64,000 nucleotides of DNA. Source: Octopus sinensis (Eukaryota). The stretch covers positions 78,492,001-78,556,000 of the forward strand of contig NC_043005.1 in NCBI RefSeq assembly GCF_006345805.1, given 5' to 3'. The notes below the pieces were generated by a model. That model made no database searches. It saw nothing but the letters and a program-made list of their open reading frames with translations, and was not told the DNA's origin. Positions within the stretch are counted from its first letter, which is position 1. The number at the start of each line of letters is the position of its first letter. Below are positions 1-14,322 of the stretch, piece by piece. The position numbers and the translations under genes are program-made.

Positions 1-59
1 TTCTTCCATGCTAAACATATATGTATATTGTATATATGTGTACATTGCATATATATTGC

Positions 60-92
<33 letters not shown>

Positions 93-590
93 CACGTATA
101 TATATATATACAGCTAGATAGATAAATACATAGATATGCTTATATCATCATCATCACTTTAACATGCACTTTGCCATGTTGAAGCAGACTTTCTATAGCC
201 AGATGTCCTTACTGTTGCCAACTCTTATCTGTTTCCAAAGAAGGTTATATGGTTACGTTTCTCCATGACAAGACATGTCTTGGTAGATTGGGACAAAAGA
301 GACTGCTTGCATGATTAGTAACACTTGCTTGCATCTATCACGCAAAGTCAAGGCAAGGAGACAGTTACACGCTTGCATCAATATATCTATCTATCTATCT
401 ATCTGTATGTGCATGTATGTGTATATATATATATATATGTGTGTAGGCTTCCTACGGTTTCCACCCTTGATATATCCTCTCAACGCTTTCGTTGGCACAA
501 CAGTATAGTAGAAGTCACTGAGGTGCCATGCACTAGGACTGAACCCAATACCATGTGCTTCAGAAACAAACTTCTTACAACACAGTCATG

Positions 591-637
<47 letters not shown>

Positions 638-851
638 TCATCATCATCATCATCGTTTAATGTCCGTTCTCCATGCTAGCATGGGTACATAAGAGCATCC
701 ATCTTGTGTTTTATATATGTTCTTGCATGTGTCTGCGTTTATATGTGTGTGTGTATATATATATATATATATTTGTGTGTGCGGGTATGATATATATACA
801 TACCCACATATATATTTGGTATGTAAATATCTATATCTATGCATGTGTATA

Positions 852-905
<54 letters not shown>

Positions 906-908
<3 letters not shown>

Positions 909-1370
909 TCAGCATCATTGTTTGACATTAGTTTTCCATGCTTGTATGGGTTGGACAGTTTAACTGAGGCCTGGAGAGCCAGTAGCTGGATGCCCTTCCT
1001 AATGCCTACCACTCTGAGACTGTAGTAAGTGCTTTTTATGTGTCACCAGCACGGAAGCCAGTCAGGGAACACTGGCATTGACCAAGTTCGAATGATTCAT
1101 TTTACGTGCCACCGGAATGGGAGCCAGTCAGGGGGCACTGGCTACAGCTATGATTTTGGTTTTGCTTGACTCAACAGGTCTTCTCAAGCATATCGTATTG
1201 CATGACACATCAAGAGTACTCTTAAATGGGTTGGACATGCAACTCTGGCATTAGCCATAGCTATGATCTTACTTTGGTTACCAAGTCTTCTCAATCATAG
1301 CATATCTCCAAAGGTCTCGCTCTCCTGCCATTGCCTCTCTGAGGCCCAATGTTCGAAGGTCATGCTTCAT
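906..1370 (-). mobile_element. 3' end of an RTE-like LINE with (GAT)n tail
   Basis: Minus strand 1370-1280 reads KHDLRTLGLREAMAGERDLWRYAMIEKTW-stop, resembling an RTE ORF2 C-terminus (DL..LGL...M..DR..WR). It is followed by a 3' UTR with internal duplicated units (about 1035-1080 and 1100-1145) and a GAT-repeat tail. Confidence 0.65.
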
Positions 1371-1604
1371 GTCAAAGTAGATACTGGGGCATGAAAAGGT
1401 TCTCCAGCTCAACAGACCCTGTCAACCCATCCAAGCCATACCAGCTTGGGATGCTGATGTTACATAATAATGCTGCTGGTGATGATGATTATAACAGTGG
1501 TAGTGATGATGTTGGTGATGATTGTGTGTGTTTATACATGTGCATACCTCTCTCTATATGGATTATGTGCATACATGTACACTTAGCATATACATATTAT
1601 GTGA

Positions 1605-1915
1605 AGGTATGTGGCTAAGTGGTTTGGTATTTGGCTCATGATCAAAAAATTGTGAGTTCGATTACTGGTGATGTGTCATCTCCTTAAGCAGGCCCTTTTT
1701 TGTTTCATGTTGCTCCAGTCCACTCGGCTGATAAAAATGAGCTGTACCAGTAATTCTGAAGGGCCAGCCTTGTCACATTCTATGTCATGCTGTATCTCCC
1801 TGAGAACTGTGTTAAGGATATGCAAGTGTATGGAGTACTCAGCCATTAATTTTATGAGCAGACTGTTCCATTAATTGGATCAACTGAAACTCTTGTCATT
1901 GTAACCTACAGACTG
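1605..1915 (+). mobile_element. tRNA-derived SINE, family D (degenerate)
   Basis: A-box-like TGGCTAAGTGG and B-box-like GAGTTCGATT. The body is similar to 52140-52330. Confidence 0.6.
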
Positions 1916-2324
1916 CCTGTTATATATATTATATATATTATCGGAGGTGTAGCTAGGGTGGAGCAAGCAGAGCACATGCCCTGGGTGCCACTTTGAGGTG
2001 GGGATGCTATTTTGACAAAGTTCGTTTTCTAATTAAATCATTAAAAAAAATTTTTAACCTTTGCAGGCATGGTTGTTTTGTTTATTGCGATCCACTCAAA
2101 CCCACACACGCAAAGAAGGCTATAACCCAAGAAAGACTAACTATATAAAGCTGAGATTAACTCTAATGCATCATACTCTGATGATGGCTTAACTAGTCAA
2201 AACTTTGAAGTCACTGTCAACAGTATTCTTGTATAGAGTAACCCACCAGATTAATGTTTTTATCATAACTCAACATAAAAACACACATTAACACAGAATA
2301 TATATATATATAGTCTTATCTACA

Positions 2325-2525
2325 TTAGGCACAAGGCCCAAAATTTGGTGGGAGGAGGTCAGTCGATTAGATTGACCCCATTACACAACTGGTACTTAAT
2401 TTATCGACCCTGAAAGGACTAAAGGCAAAGTTGACCTTGGCGGAGTTTGAACTCAGAGCGTAAAGACAGACGAAATACTGGTATTCATTTTGCCCGGTAT
2501 ACTAACATTTCTGCAAGCTCACTGC
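2325..2525 (-). mobile_element. SINE family B
   Basis: Contains the reverse complement of the family core GAGTTCAAATTCCGCC..GTCGACTTTGCCTTTCATCCTTTCGGGGTCGATAAATTAAGTACCAG, seen in more than 10 copies in the window. Confidence 0.8.
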
Positions 2526-2542
2526 CTTGTGTGTATATATAT

Positions 2543-2573
<31 letters not shown>

Positions 2574-4297
2574 ACACACATATGTATACTATGCACACAT
2601 CATCATCCTCATATATATATAATATATATACTCACACACACTTATACACAGACCCCTACACATATAGATAGATACATAGATAGATACATAGATAATGCAC
2701 ACACACAGAAAATATTGGTCCTGCTCTCCCTTCCTGCTCCCTTTGCCTCCATTTTCTCCCTGGCCAAGCTATTCTCTCTTTTCCCCTTCATCATCATTTC
2801 TTAATCAACACAAACACTCTCTTTCCTCCTCTCTTATGTTGCTGACTCATTCACTACCCTCACCCACTGCCACCACCACCACCTCATGTCTTGCCGTCAT
2901 GCATCCACATCTGTTAAATATGCATAAATGTGGGTATATATGTTTGTATAGATATGATATTAATGTTTATACATGTATATTTAGACAGACATACGAGTTC
3001 AAAATGCTTTCTATTTGATATCTGTCATTCTCACACTCTCTTTCTCTTACTATGTGTATATATATATATATACATACATAAACATTCACACACCCATGTA
3101 TATACATTCTTTTGCATTGTCTTACATATATGAGACAGGCATATATATATGTGTGTGTGTGTGTGGTTGTATATGTGCACATGTAAGCATATAATACATA
3201 CATGATATATAATAGACGTACACACATGTGTGTATGTATTTATATTTGTACATACACACGTATTTATGTATCAATATTTTTATGAGTTAGAAATTTTTAT
3301 TGTGCCTAATGTGTGTGTGTGTGTGTGAATGTATGTATAATTTCTGTGTGAGATTTTGTATAATATATGGTTTGTTCTTTGTGGTCTGTGTCAAAATTCT
3401 AATTAGTGTATTAATATTAAGGGTGGTTTCTGTCAAAAAACGAAATGCAAATATGATGATACAGATGGGGTGTTTCAACATACCACTCTAAGCATGTATG
3501 TATATATATATTATGTGTGTGTAAATGTGTATATTTATATATGTGTGTGTTGTATAGATGTGTTTTTGTATAGATATATGTATGTGCATGTGTATAGATA
3601 TGTGTGTGTGTGCATAGATATGTGTGTGTATATATATATATATATGTGTTGTGTGGATATAGATATATGTGTCTATATGTATAGATATATATATGTACGT
3701 GTTTGTATGTATGGATAAATGTGTGTATATGTACAAATATGTGTGTGTATATATATATATATATGTGTAGATATATATATATGTGTATGTATATATATGT
3801 AGATATATATATATGTGTGTGTATGTGTATATATATATATGTATATGTGTATTCATGTGTGTATATAGGTATAGATATATGTGTATGCATGTGTGTATAT
3901 ATGTATAGATATGTTTGTATGCATGTGTGTATATATATTGATATATGTGTATGCAAATGTGTGTATATGTGTATGTGCATGTGTTTGTATGTATGTGTGT
4001 ATATAAATATATAGGTATATATATGCATATGTTTGTGTGTATATAGTTGTATAAATATATATATACATGTGTATATGTGTTGGACTGTCATTCATCATGC
4101 CAGTGTGTATATTGCATATATATATATATATATATATTAAAGGGTAAATATGAAGAACAGGAATATGGGATGGTGGCAGCAGGAGGTATTTTCAATTTCT
4201 GTAATAATTTGCTGGAAGTGAATAACAATGATGTGTTTGTAATTTCATTGAAGAAAAAAATGCTAACCTAATATTTATTTTACATTATAAGTGTGTA

Positions 4298-4341
<44 letters not shown>

Positions 4342-4669
4342 GTACACACATTTGTATGCACGTGTTTTGTTTTATTATTTTGATATACATACCTGTACAG
4401 CTGCCTCTACATATATAATAGATGTCTTTGTGTGTATGCATACATACATACATACATGCAGATAGTGAATGAGAAAGTGTTGTGTGTATATGTGTGTCTG
4501 TGTGTGTGTGTATGTATAGTGAGAGAGAGTTGTGTATATGTGTGTATATTGTGAGGTACAGTTGTTTATGTTTGTGTGTGTGTGTGTGTATATATATAGT
4601 CTTTTTGCTCTCTTACATCTTTCAGTTATATAAATATAAGTATATATTTATGTATGTATATATGTATAT

Positions 4670-4714
<45 letters not shown>

Positions 4715-4959
4715 AGCATGTGTATGTAGAATGCTAGATAGATAGATTGATAGATAAATAGATAGATAAATCTAGATGTATGAATACATTTGTACATATG
4801 TGTATATCTATTCATGTGTGTATTATACCTATGTAATACATGTATTGGTATATTGTATATGTGCATTTATTATAAATAAAATCATATTTGTATATATATG
4901 TATATATTATATGTACTTATTATATAATACGTTTACACTATCTCCATTTAAATATATGC

Positions 4960-4990
<31 letters not shown>

Positions 4991-5590
4991 GTAGATATGA
5001 TAAAGAATGTTTGATTGCAGCTAAATAGATTGGGTAGAAGTGGCTTTATGATGCAAGGCAGGAGATGGGTGTAGGGATGACGAAGGGTGTGGAATTAAGA
5101 TGGGATGGGCTGGGGATAGGAATGGGATCAGGAAAACGGGAAAGTTAGGTGGAAGGAAGGAATCGCAGGGACAGGAGATGAGAGGTAAAATATAAGAGCT
5201 TTAGTTTTTGTGAAAGGGAAGAAGTTTGGCAAGCCTGGGGAGGCTAGGAGAAATGGCAAAAGCTTCCTGATTTTGAACACGATCACCAGTGAATGCTTAT
5301 TGATCTCTTGTTATAGCTTGCACTTACTAGGAATAAAAATGACGGTGGATATAATTTCCTGTGCAGAGAAACATTTTTCAAAATCCATTATAGAAAACTT
5401 AGTTTCAGCTTTGGAAATCAAAAAAAAAAAAAAAAGTCATGCGTATTTATGCATGTATATTAATATGTATCTATGTATATGTGTGTATTTCTGTGTGTAT
5501 GTTTGTACATATTTATGAATATGTGTATGAATTCGTATGTACATGAGTTTGTGTCTCATTAAATATGTGTGTGTGTTTTGTGTGTGTGTG

Positions 5591-5629
<39 letters not shown>

Positions 5630-5848
5630 CTATTATACATAAAATATAATAGATATTATAAATATAATATCTATTATATATAATACATACTTTTCATATA
5701 ACGTATATATATATATATGACATATTGCATTTACTATATATTTATATATATATGCAGTGTGTGTATATTTACGCATTATGTACAAGTATATATATATATA
5801 TGCGTGTATGTCTGCACAATCGCATACAAGCATACGTTATAAACATTG

Positions 5849-5893
<45 letters not shown>

Positions 5894-6085
5894 CTGTGCA
5901 TTTCTTATTGTTGTGCATCTATCTTTTATCATCTTTGAAGAAGGTAAGAAGAAAAAAAATTCTGTGTCTAAGAATGAAAGAAGGAAACAAGCAAATGAAG
6001 ACATTAACATTACAGAAGTGGACATCTCTGTTTTCATGTTTTCACTTAACAAACAGAATCTCCTCATAGTTCTCTACAGAATACA

Positions 6086-6125
<40 letters not shown>

Positions 6126-6152
6126 GTGATTGATATAGGTGTGTGTTATATG

Positions 6153-6192
<40 letters not shown>

Positions 6193-6812
6193 TAGATAGA
6201 TAGATAGATATATAGATATACATATATACACACACATTTATAAAGAGTGATTTAAGTATGTGTTTGTGTATATATATGTATGTAATATATAATGTATATG
6301 TATGTAATATGTATATGTATATGATATATATGTGTGTGTAATATATATATATATATACACACACACATATATATACATATATATCATCTATATATATATA
6401 TCGTATATATCATATATATATATATATAGAGATATAATATATTAGAGAGAGAGAGAGAGAGAGAGAGACATAGATAGACAGACAAATAGGTATATTCAGA
6501 TTTATACAAACTTATATATAGACAGACAAATAGGTGTATTCATATGGATAGATAGAGATATGTGTGTGTATATCGTAGAGGAAAATAGTTGGGCGATGGA
6601 ATAACAGAAAGCTGTCATAGAGAGGTTCTGTGTTTCGGGAACTGTTACTCTACTTTTCTTGTTAACTTGGTTTCAATTCCTTTACAAAAATGCTACCATT
6701 ATTCCTTGTGCGGAAAGAAAATTAGAAAATAAGATAGAAGAGCATTGGTGGAAAGGAAGGAAAAAAAAAAAGGATAATTTGAAACAGAAAAAAGTTAAAA
6801 TATGTATATATA

Positions 6813-6856
<44 letters not shown>

Positions 6857-8379
6857 ATGCATGTGTATAGATTTATAGATTTGTATTTATAACTACACTG
6901 AACTTGTAAAAAAAAAAAGTAAAAATCTTGTATTTTCTACCCGTTGGTTATGCAGATCTTTTGACAAGAGATATAGTTCGAGTTAGTTTGCAATAAGCCA
7001 TGGTGTCTTTGGAAAGTCTGTAGAGTATTAAAAATTACTAGAAGAAAAAAAAAAGAAATAAAATTTCAAAATGAAATAAAATACAATATAAAAGAAAGAA
7101 ACTTACAATGAGCAAGTTAAAATCATTGCTTAAGCAATTACATGTTCCTCTGAAACTTCTCAGCAACTTCTTTTTGTGTATGTGTAAAAGTATTATTAGT
7201 AATATTATTATCATTATTATTATTACTATTATTATTATCATTATTATTATTTGTCGTGGTGCGGTGCTTGACATTAAGTTGGTGTTTTGTTATAGTATAT
7301 AAAACCCTGCTGGACATGGGTGTTTGTTCAACAAAGCTTTGGTTTTTCTGTTTTCTCTCTTTCCTTTTTTTCATTTTTTGCTCTTTAACATACCGGATAA
7401 ATAAACATATGTGTATCTTTTAACAGGAAAAAGTAAATTCTGAATTAACTGTCTTTGAAATATGTAATCCAAAACCTAACACCGATGCACCAAAAAACAC
7501 AAACAAAAAAAAAAGGGAAATAAATATAGAGATAAATAATAAATAAAGCATATTTTTTTGGTACAATTTTTTTTCTCTTCTATTTTAAATAAAAATTGGA
7601 CAAAATTGGACTTTTTTTTTTCTACTCAGACCTTGCATTTCTTTGTTACCCAGAATACAAGGTATTTTAACAGAAAATCTGATATTGACTTCTTACATTA
7701 TTGGCAAAAAGAAGGCCACAAATTCGTCAAGTTGAGTTGAAGCATCATTGAAAGCAGAACTAGAAATCATATTTATTTATTTCTAAAAGTAAACATTATT
7801 ATTTTTTTTTTTTTTGCCCCCACATACAGCAACTAGTTCAGGCTTTCATATTTATTGGGGAGTTGGTCGAAATATGCAATTATAGTATTAAATGATGTCG
7901 CTTTTGTGGGGTTTTTTTTTCACAAGGACTTCAGTTATGTATCTTTTAGATTTTTATTTACTTGTTTCAGTCATTGGACTATGGCCATGCAGGGGCACCA
8001 TCTTGAAGGGTTAAGTCGAAATAATTGATTCTAGTACTGTTTTTTTTTAATTTTTAGGTTTTATATTTATTCTATCAGCATTTTTAACCAAATCACTAAG
8101 TTATGGAAATGTAAATATATCAACCCTGTCAGTCAAGTACTTTGGTTACAGACACAAGTACAAAGACGTGTGTGTGTGTGTGTGTGTGTGTGTAAATGCA
8201 ACTGTGCCGGTGCTGTATAAACACACCCTTACTGCTGCTGTTTGTTTTTTTTTTTTTGTTTGTTGAGCGAAGCAGTCTTCATCCCAGAGCTCGCAAGATC
8301 GCGAGTGGGAGAAGTCCGAAACGTGGTCCTTTGCTATTTGTAAGACCCGCAGAAGAGAAAAGTCAACCCTTGACACCGA

Positions 8380-8645
8380 GAGCATCAACGGATGGATGAA
8401 TGCACCTCCAGGCTCAGTGGTTGCGTAGGAAGTCGGGGACAAGAAACAGGAAGAAAGAGTGAGAAAAAGTTGGAGTGAAAGAGTACAACAGGGGTCGCCA
8501 CAACACCCCCCACCCCCACCTCCTGCCGGAGCCTCGTGGAGCTTTAGGTGTTTTCGCTCAATAAACCCACACAACGCCCGGTCTGGGAATCGAAACTGTG
8601 ATCCTCTGACTGTGAGTCCACTACCCTAACCACTGGGCCACCTCT
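8380..8645 (-). mobile_element. tRNA-derived SINE, family C
   Basis: Minus-strand head TGGCCCAGTGGTTAGGG...GTTTCGATTCC (Pol III A and B boxes). Homologous to 23735-23990 and 32712-32995. Confidence 0.8.
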
Positions 8646-9540
8646 GCTGCTGCTGTGTAAACACAACTATTTTGGTGCTGCATAAATGCACCCATACGAG
8701 TGTTGTGTAAACGCACCTGAGCCAGTGCTGCTTGAGTGCACCCATGCCTGTGGCATGTAAAAGGCACTCAGCACACTGTTAAGTGTTTAGCGTTTGAATG
8801 AGCATCCAGCTATTAAAACCCATACCTTGACAGACAGCTGGAGTTTGGACAGCTCCCTGCTAGCAAGCTCCATGTCTGACCGTCCAACCTGTGCCAGCAT
8901 GAAAAGCGGACGTTAAACGATGATGATAATATATATATACACACACAGTAATCCCTTGCCATAGTGCAGTTCACCTGAGCTTACATCAATTCCTCCAGGG
9001 TGTTGTTTTGCATTTATAAAAAAATAAATATACACAGTTTATAAAAATTAAAAAAAAGAATAACTAGGGTCCTAGGGTCGATCTGTTTGACTGAAGTTGG
9101 TGCTCCAGTATGGCCACAGTCAAAATGACTGAAACAAGTAAAAATAATAAAAGAAAAGAATATGTACACATACACAATGGGCTTCTTTCAGTTTCCATCT
9201 ACTACAGGCACTCGCAAGGCTCTGGTCAGCCTGGGGTTATAGTAGAAGACACTTGTTCAAGGTGCTACAGAGAGGGACTGAACCTGAAACCAAGGAGTAT
9301 ATTGTTTATTGCAACTGGCCATGACTATATATATATATATATATATATCTGTATATATAGCTATATGTATATCTGTATATAGCTATTTATATATGTACAG
9401 TAAAATTTAAATTCAATTGAATATGGTACTTAAGTTAAGGGCACCAGAATTTAGTATGATATTATCCATATAATTCAAAATGGGGTGATTATTGTTGCTT
9501 ATTGATATATATATATATATATATATATATAGCTGTATAT

Positions 9541-9571
<31 letters not shown>

Positions 9572-9589
9572 ATATATATATATATATTG

Positions 9590-9590
9590 C

Positions 9591-9638
<48 letters not shown>

Positions 9639-10335
9639 GCTATATATTGTGTATGTGTATATATATGTGTGTGTGTGTATAGCTATATATATGTGTATGT
9701 GTATATATATATGTGTGTGTGTGTATAGCTATATATATGTGTGTGTATATATATAACTGTATGTGTGTGTATATATATAACTATATATGTGTGTATATAT
9801 ATAGCTATATATGTGTATATATAGCTATATATATGTGTATATATATAGCTATATATATATGTGTGTGTATATATATATAGCTATATATGTGTATATATAT
9901 ATAGCTATATATATGTGTATATATATATAGCTATATATTTGTGTATATGTGTATATATATATAGCTATATATATGTGTATATATATATAGCTATATATTG
10001 TGTATATATATATATATATATAGCTATATATATGTGTATATATATAGCTATATATATGTGTATATATATAGCTATATATTTGTGTATATATATATATATA
10101 GCTATATATTTGTGTATATATTTATACAGCTATATATTTGTGTATGTATATATAGCTATATATTTGTGTATATATATATATAGCTATATATTTGTGTATG
10201 TATATATAGCTATATATTTGTGTGTATGTATATATAGCTATATATTTGTGTATATATATATATAGCTATATATTTGTGTATGTATATATAGCTATATATT
10301 TGTGTATGTATATGTATATATATATGTGTGTGTGT
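9590..10335. repeat. TA/TG-derived minisatellite with about 24-30-nt units, each containing AGCT
   Basis: Recurrent unit ATATATAGCTATATATTTGTGTATGT and variants. Confidence 0.85.
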
Positions 10336-10383
10336 GTGTGGTGTGTATATAGCTGTGTATGTGTACATGTATGTGTATGTATG

Positions 10384-10427
<44 letters not shown>

Positions 10428-10880
10428 ATGCATATCATTCAGCTACAATAGTAGTTGAATAATATTCTTAAGACTGCAATTTACTCACATGCAACATCTT
10501 TCAAACTTTGTCGCTAATTCAGTTCTTAACCAAATTGAAAACTGTTAACATTTTCGAAGAAAACTGGTCCCTAGCTACATTCTAGCATTAAAAAAATTGA
10601 GATGTGGTCCAGTAGAAAAATGTTTACATTAAAATTTATAGCAATGTTAGGAGAGTAACGCCTTCAATCAAGATCTATATAACTTTTCTATTTTAAAAGT
10701 GAAATATATTTATCTTTGCTTCAATGATAGAAGAAATCATGAAGAATTTCATTGTTTTGGTCCCATGCAACAAAACTTGTATGAAAAATATTGTGAGGTA
10801 AAATATGAAAAAAATATATGGCAAAAATTTGAATTCAAGTATAAGTAACTTCTATTTTAAAAACAAATTATATATATATA

Positions 10881-11270
10881 GGCGCAGGAGTGGCTGTGTG
10901 GTAAGTAGCTTGCTAACCAACCACATGGTTCCGGGTTCAGTCCCACTGCGTGGCATCTTGGGCAAGTGTCTTCTGCTATAGCCCCGGGCCGACCAATGCC
11001 TTGTGAGTGGATTTGGTAGACGGAAACTGAAAGAAGCCTGTCGTATATATGTATATATATATGCGTGTGTGTATGTTTGTGTGTCTGTGTTTGTACCCCT
11101 AGCATTGCTTGACAACCGATGCTGGTGTGTTTACGTCCCTGTCACTTAGCGGTTCGGCAAAAGAGACCGATAGAATAAGTACTGGGCTTACAAAGAATAA
11201 GTCCCGGGGTCGATTTGCTCGACTAAAGGCGGTGCTCCAGCATGTAAAAGAGTAAAAGAGTAAAGAGTTT
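10881..11270 (+). mobile_element. Full-length dimeric CORE-type SINE, family A
   Basis: tRNA-like head GGCGCAGGAGTGGCTGTGTGGTAAG...GGTTCAGTCCC, CORE-like TTGGGCAAGTGTCTT, central TA/TG microsatellite, right monomer and a GTAAAAGA tandem tail. CORE-SINEs (OR1/OR2) are known from octopus; the exact family name is not established here. Confidence 0.9.
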
Positions 11271-12284
11271 AATTAAGATTAAATAATAGAGCTTGATTTG
11301 AGGAATTTCATAGTATTAATCTACTGCAATGAAGTTTTAAAGTTTTAATTCTTTTGTTTCTCAGATTTGAGGGTGATTATAAATATAGTTCTATATTTTT
11401 TTATGAATATAGTTCTATAAGGGGACTTTTAATATATGTTGCCAGCATCATTGGGGTAAGAAAAAGATTATCAACAACGCCATGAATTGACACATTTGAC
11501 ACATTATTAATTAGCGTAATATCATAGCCTGGGAAAAACATGGATTACATGGAAAAATGTGTGCAAGAGAACTAATATTCTTAATGGAAAAGTACAGGAC
11601 AAGTTATTATATCTGGTAAAGTGCACAACAAAAATAGTTTTGTTTAAAATATTGCAGCTAAGCATAAAATTTGAATATTAAAAATTATATGATTTTAATT
11701 TACTAAGAAACATTATAATTACAATGGTACCGTTATTTTGTTAAAATATTGACACACTAGAATGCTTAAAAAATGTGAGCCAGAAGTACCAATATAGCTA
11801 AAGTTTTATGCAAAGTAGAATAGTATATATGGTAGGCAAGTTCATTTTGTAAAAATTAGGCATTGGGTCAAGACTAAAAATGTGAAGACTTGGCTATAAC
11901 TCAGGCAAATTTTACTGTGAATTTGTTGTTATAGATAGATTTTACTTTAATATATAACTAATTTTTGTAGTATTCTATTTATTGTACTATGTACTAATAT
12001 TATTTTTGTAAGCTATTTTCAAATTTCTATGTAAAAGGAATTTTTTTAAAGTACGAAAATTATTTTGAGTTATTTAAAATTTTTTAATAGAAGTCACAAG
12101 TTATAACAAACAGAAGTAATAACTTGTAATAAAATGTTTAGTTTTAATAAAAGCCAATATTTTAAGTAAAAAAATGTTCTTGCTTTGTACTTTACCAGAT
12201 GTAATAAGTGGTCCTGAACTTTTCCAGGTTTATAATCTTAAGAATATTATTTCTCTTGCTCACATTTTTCCATGTAATAAATAT

Positions 12285-12329
<45 letters not shown>

Positions 12330-12539
12330 ATCTATTTGTATACATTTATATATATGCATGTATATATTTGTATACATTTATTATTTATGCATGTATATAT
12401 TTGTATACATATATATATACACATCTATATCTGTGTGTGTGTGTGTATACATATATGTTGTCATATATGTGTATGTATATATATATATATATATATATAT
12501 GTAGACATATTTACATGTGTATGTATATATGTAAATACA

Positions 12540-12574
<35 letters not shown>

Positions 12575-13749
12575 CTAATTTATATTTATATTATTGTTGC
12601 TTGCATTCAATATGTTGACCCAACTATATACTTTATATACATGCGTGTATGTGTGTGCATCATTGAAATAATATGTACGATTATGTATACATGGGTGTGT
12701 GTGTATGTGTGCGGAATATTCTTAATAGCCTTAGTATTGAATACAAATTTTCCAACTCTCCTTAGTGTACACATACTGTAAGAGTCGACAGCTGTTTCTC
12801 ACACCTACATTGTCCCTTACTATCCAGTAGCTGTATATCCTCCCTAAGCAGGAGATGGTTGAGGGGAGAGGGTCTTAGGATATGGAAGACTAACAGGTAT
12901 TTGGGATCATTGACAATGGAACCACTTCTTCTAATAGCCCTTCTTTATTCTGTTGAGAATCGCACACATTTATTGCAGTGATTCCTTTCACGGAATCGGT
13001 GCATGCAATTGTTATGAGCATACATTATACACATTTGTTATGCACTGTCTATACAGTCAATCATTATTCACAATCATTACACACCATCAATACTTACATT
13101 ATACTCATAATTCGTTATACGCTACCATTGTGTCCAGTCTACATTGTCAGCATCATCATCATCGTTACATCATCATCATTGCTGTTGTCATCATTTACAT
13201 TTTCCTATTCCTGTGGGGATCAGATAGAATTTATTGAGGCAGGTTTTCTGTTGCTGGATGCCTTTCCTGTCTCCAACTCTCACTTGTTCCCAAGCAAAAT
13301 GATACTGCCCCATGACCTGACATGTTTTTATGGAAGATTGGAAATATTTGTTAATGATATATTATCGAGGTTTTATTGGTTCCTGTGTGGATTCTTGTTT
13401 TATTTTGTTGTATGTGGTCAGAGACTGGCAGAATTGTTAGAGCTTTGGACAAAAGACCTTGCAATATTGGCTGTGGTTCTTCATACTCTGAGTTCAAATC
13501 CTTCCAAGGTTTAACATTGCCTTTCATCTAATGCGAGGCAGTGAGTTGACAGAATTGTTACCACATCATCACCATTGTCATTATTTAACAACCACTATAC
13601 CATGTTTACATTTGAGGAGGTAGATTTCTTATGCCCTGATTCTGTTCCTGTAGCCAACCCTCACCCATTTTTTGCCATGGTTAACTTTGCTTTTCGTCCA
13701 GTGCAGGGCAGCAGGTCAAGAGAATTGTTGGAGCATCAGATGAAATCCT

Positions 13750-14039
13750 CATCATCATCATCATCGTGCACCTACTTTTCCATGCTTGCATTGGTCAGAC
13801 AGAATTTGTCGAGACAGATTTTTCTATGACCAGATGCTCTTCGAGTTGCCAGCACCCCACTTGTTTCCGAGCAAAGTAATATTTTCTCATGGCCAAACAT
13901 TTTTCCCACAGAAGACTGGAAATGGTCAGCATTGCTTGTATGATAGTGACCATCACATGTCAAGGCAAGGGTGCTGTCCCTGACCTTACCAGCTCCTGGC
14001 AAACCAACTGACCCATGCCAACATGGAAAATGACCATTA

Positions 14040-14066
<27 letters not shown>
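13750..14066. mobile_element. Two (GAT)n-tailed retroelement 3' ends, back to back
   Basis: (CAT)n-TTTTCCATGCTTGCATTGGTC on the left and GACCCATGCCAACATGGAAAA-(GAT)n on the right. The same tail occurs singly at about 8880-8925(+), 15150-15310(-), 15678-15810(-) and 32340-32520(+). Confidence 0.6.
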
Positions 14067-14070
<4 letters not shown>

Positions 14071-14141
14071 CTGAAGATGTCCCTTCTGTTGTGTTTCATT
14101 ATATTTTATTCTACTATGTTTTATTGTCTTTTCCATTCCAG

Positions 14142-14322
14142 TGTAATAACCCGTTAACAAAAGAGCCGAAATTACAAGCAGCCATCAGGATTGTCCCTGA
14201 ATGGAAGCATTACGATTATGAAATAAAAGTATTGTGGGACAAAATATACAACACAAACACCAGATTCCAGACAGAATATGAAAAACCTGTAAAAGATGAA
14301 GATAAATTGCCATCAAAGAAAG
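14142..14322 (+). CDS. UGGT1: UDP-glucose:glycoprotein glucosyltransferase, penultimate coding exon (end of GT24 catalytic domain plus C-terminal tail)
   Basis: Polypyrimidine tract plus CAG acceptor (AG at 14140-14141) and AG|GTGAG donor (GT at 14323). Translation CNNPLTKEPKLQAAIRIVPEWKHYDYEIKVLW matches the UGGT C-terminal motif as I recall it from human UGGT1 ([29 protein letters not shown]). Starts in phase 0 and ends in phase 1. The symbol is used for the single invertebrate UGGT orthologue. Confidence 0.92.

Noticed and set aside
311-13000. Numerous ORFs rich in YI/CV/HT dipeptides here and throughout the window
   Set aside because: They are translations of (TA)n, (TG)n and (TATG)n microsatellites, which lack stops in some frames. 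No domain content or splice support.
1-14141. Expected upstream UGGT exon (DLPNNM...WLWCETWC...KTIDL)
   Set aside because: I scanned by eye for the WLWCETWC codons and did not find them. The exon is probably upstream of the window, though a miss cannot be excluded without tblastn.
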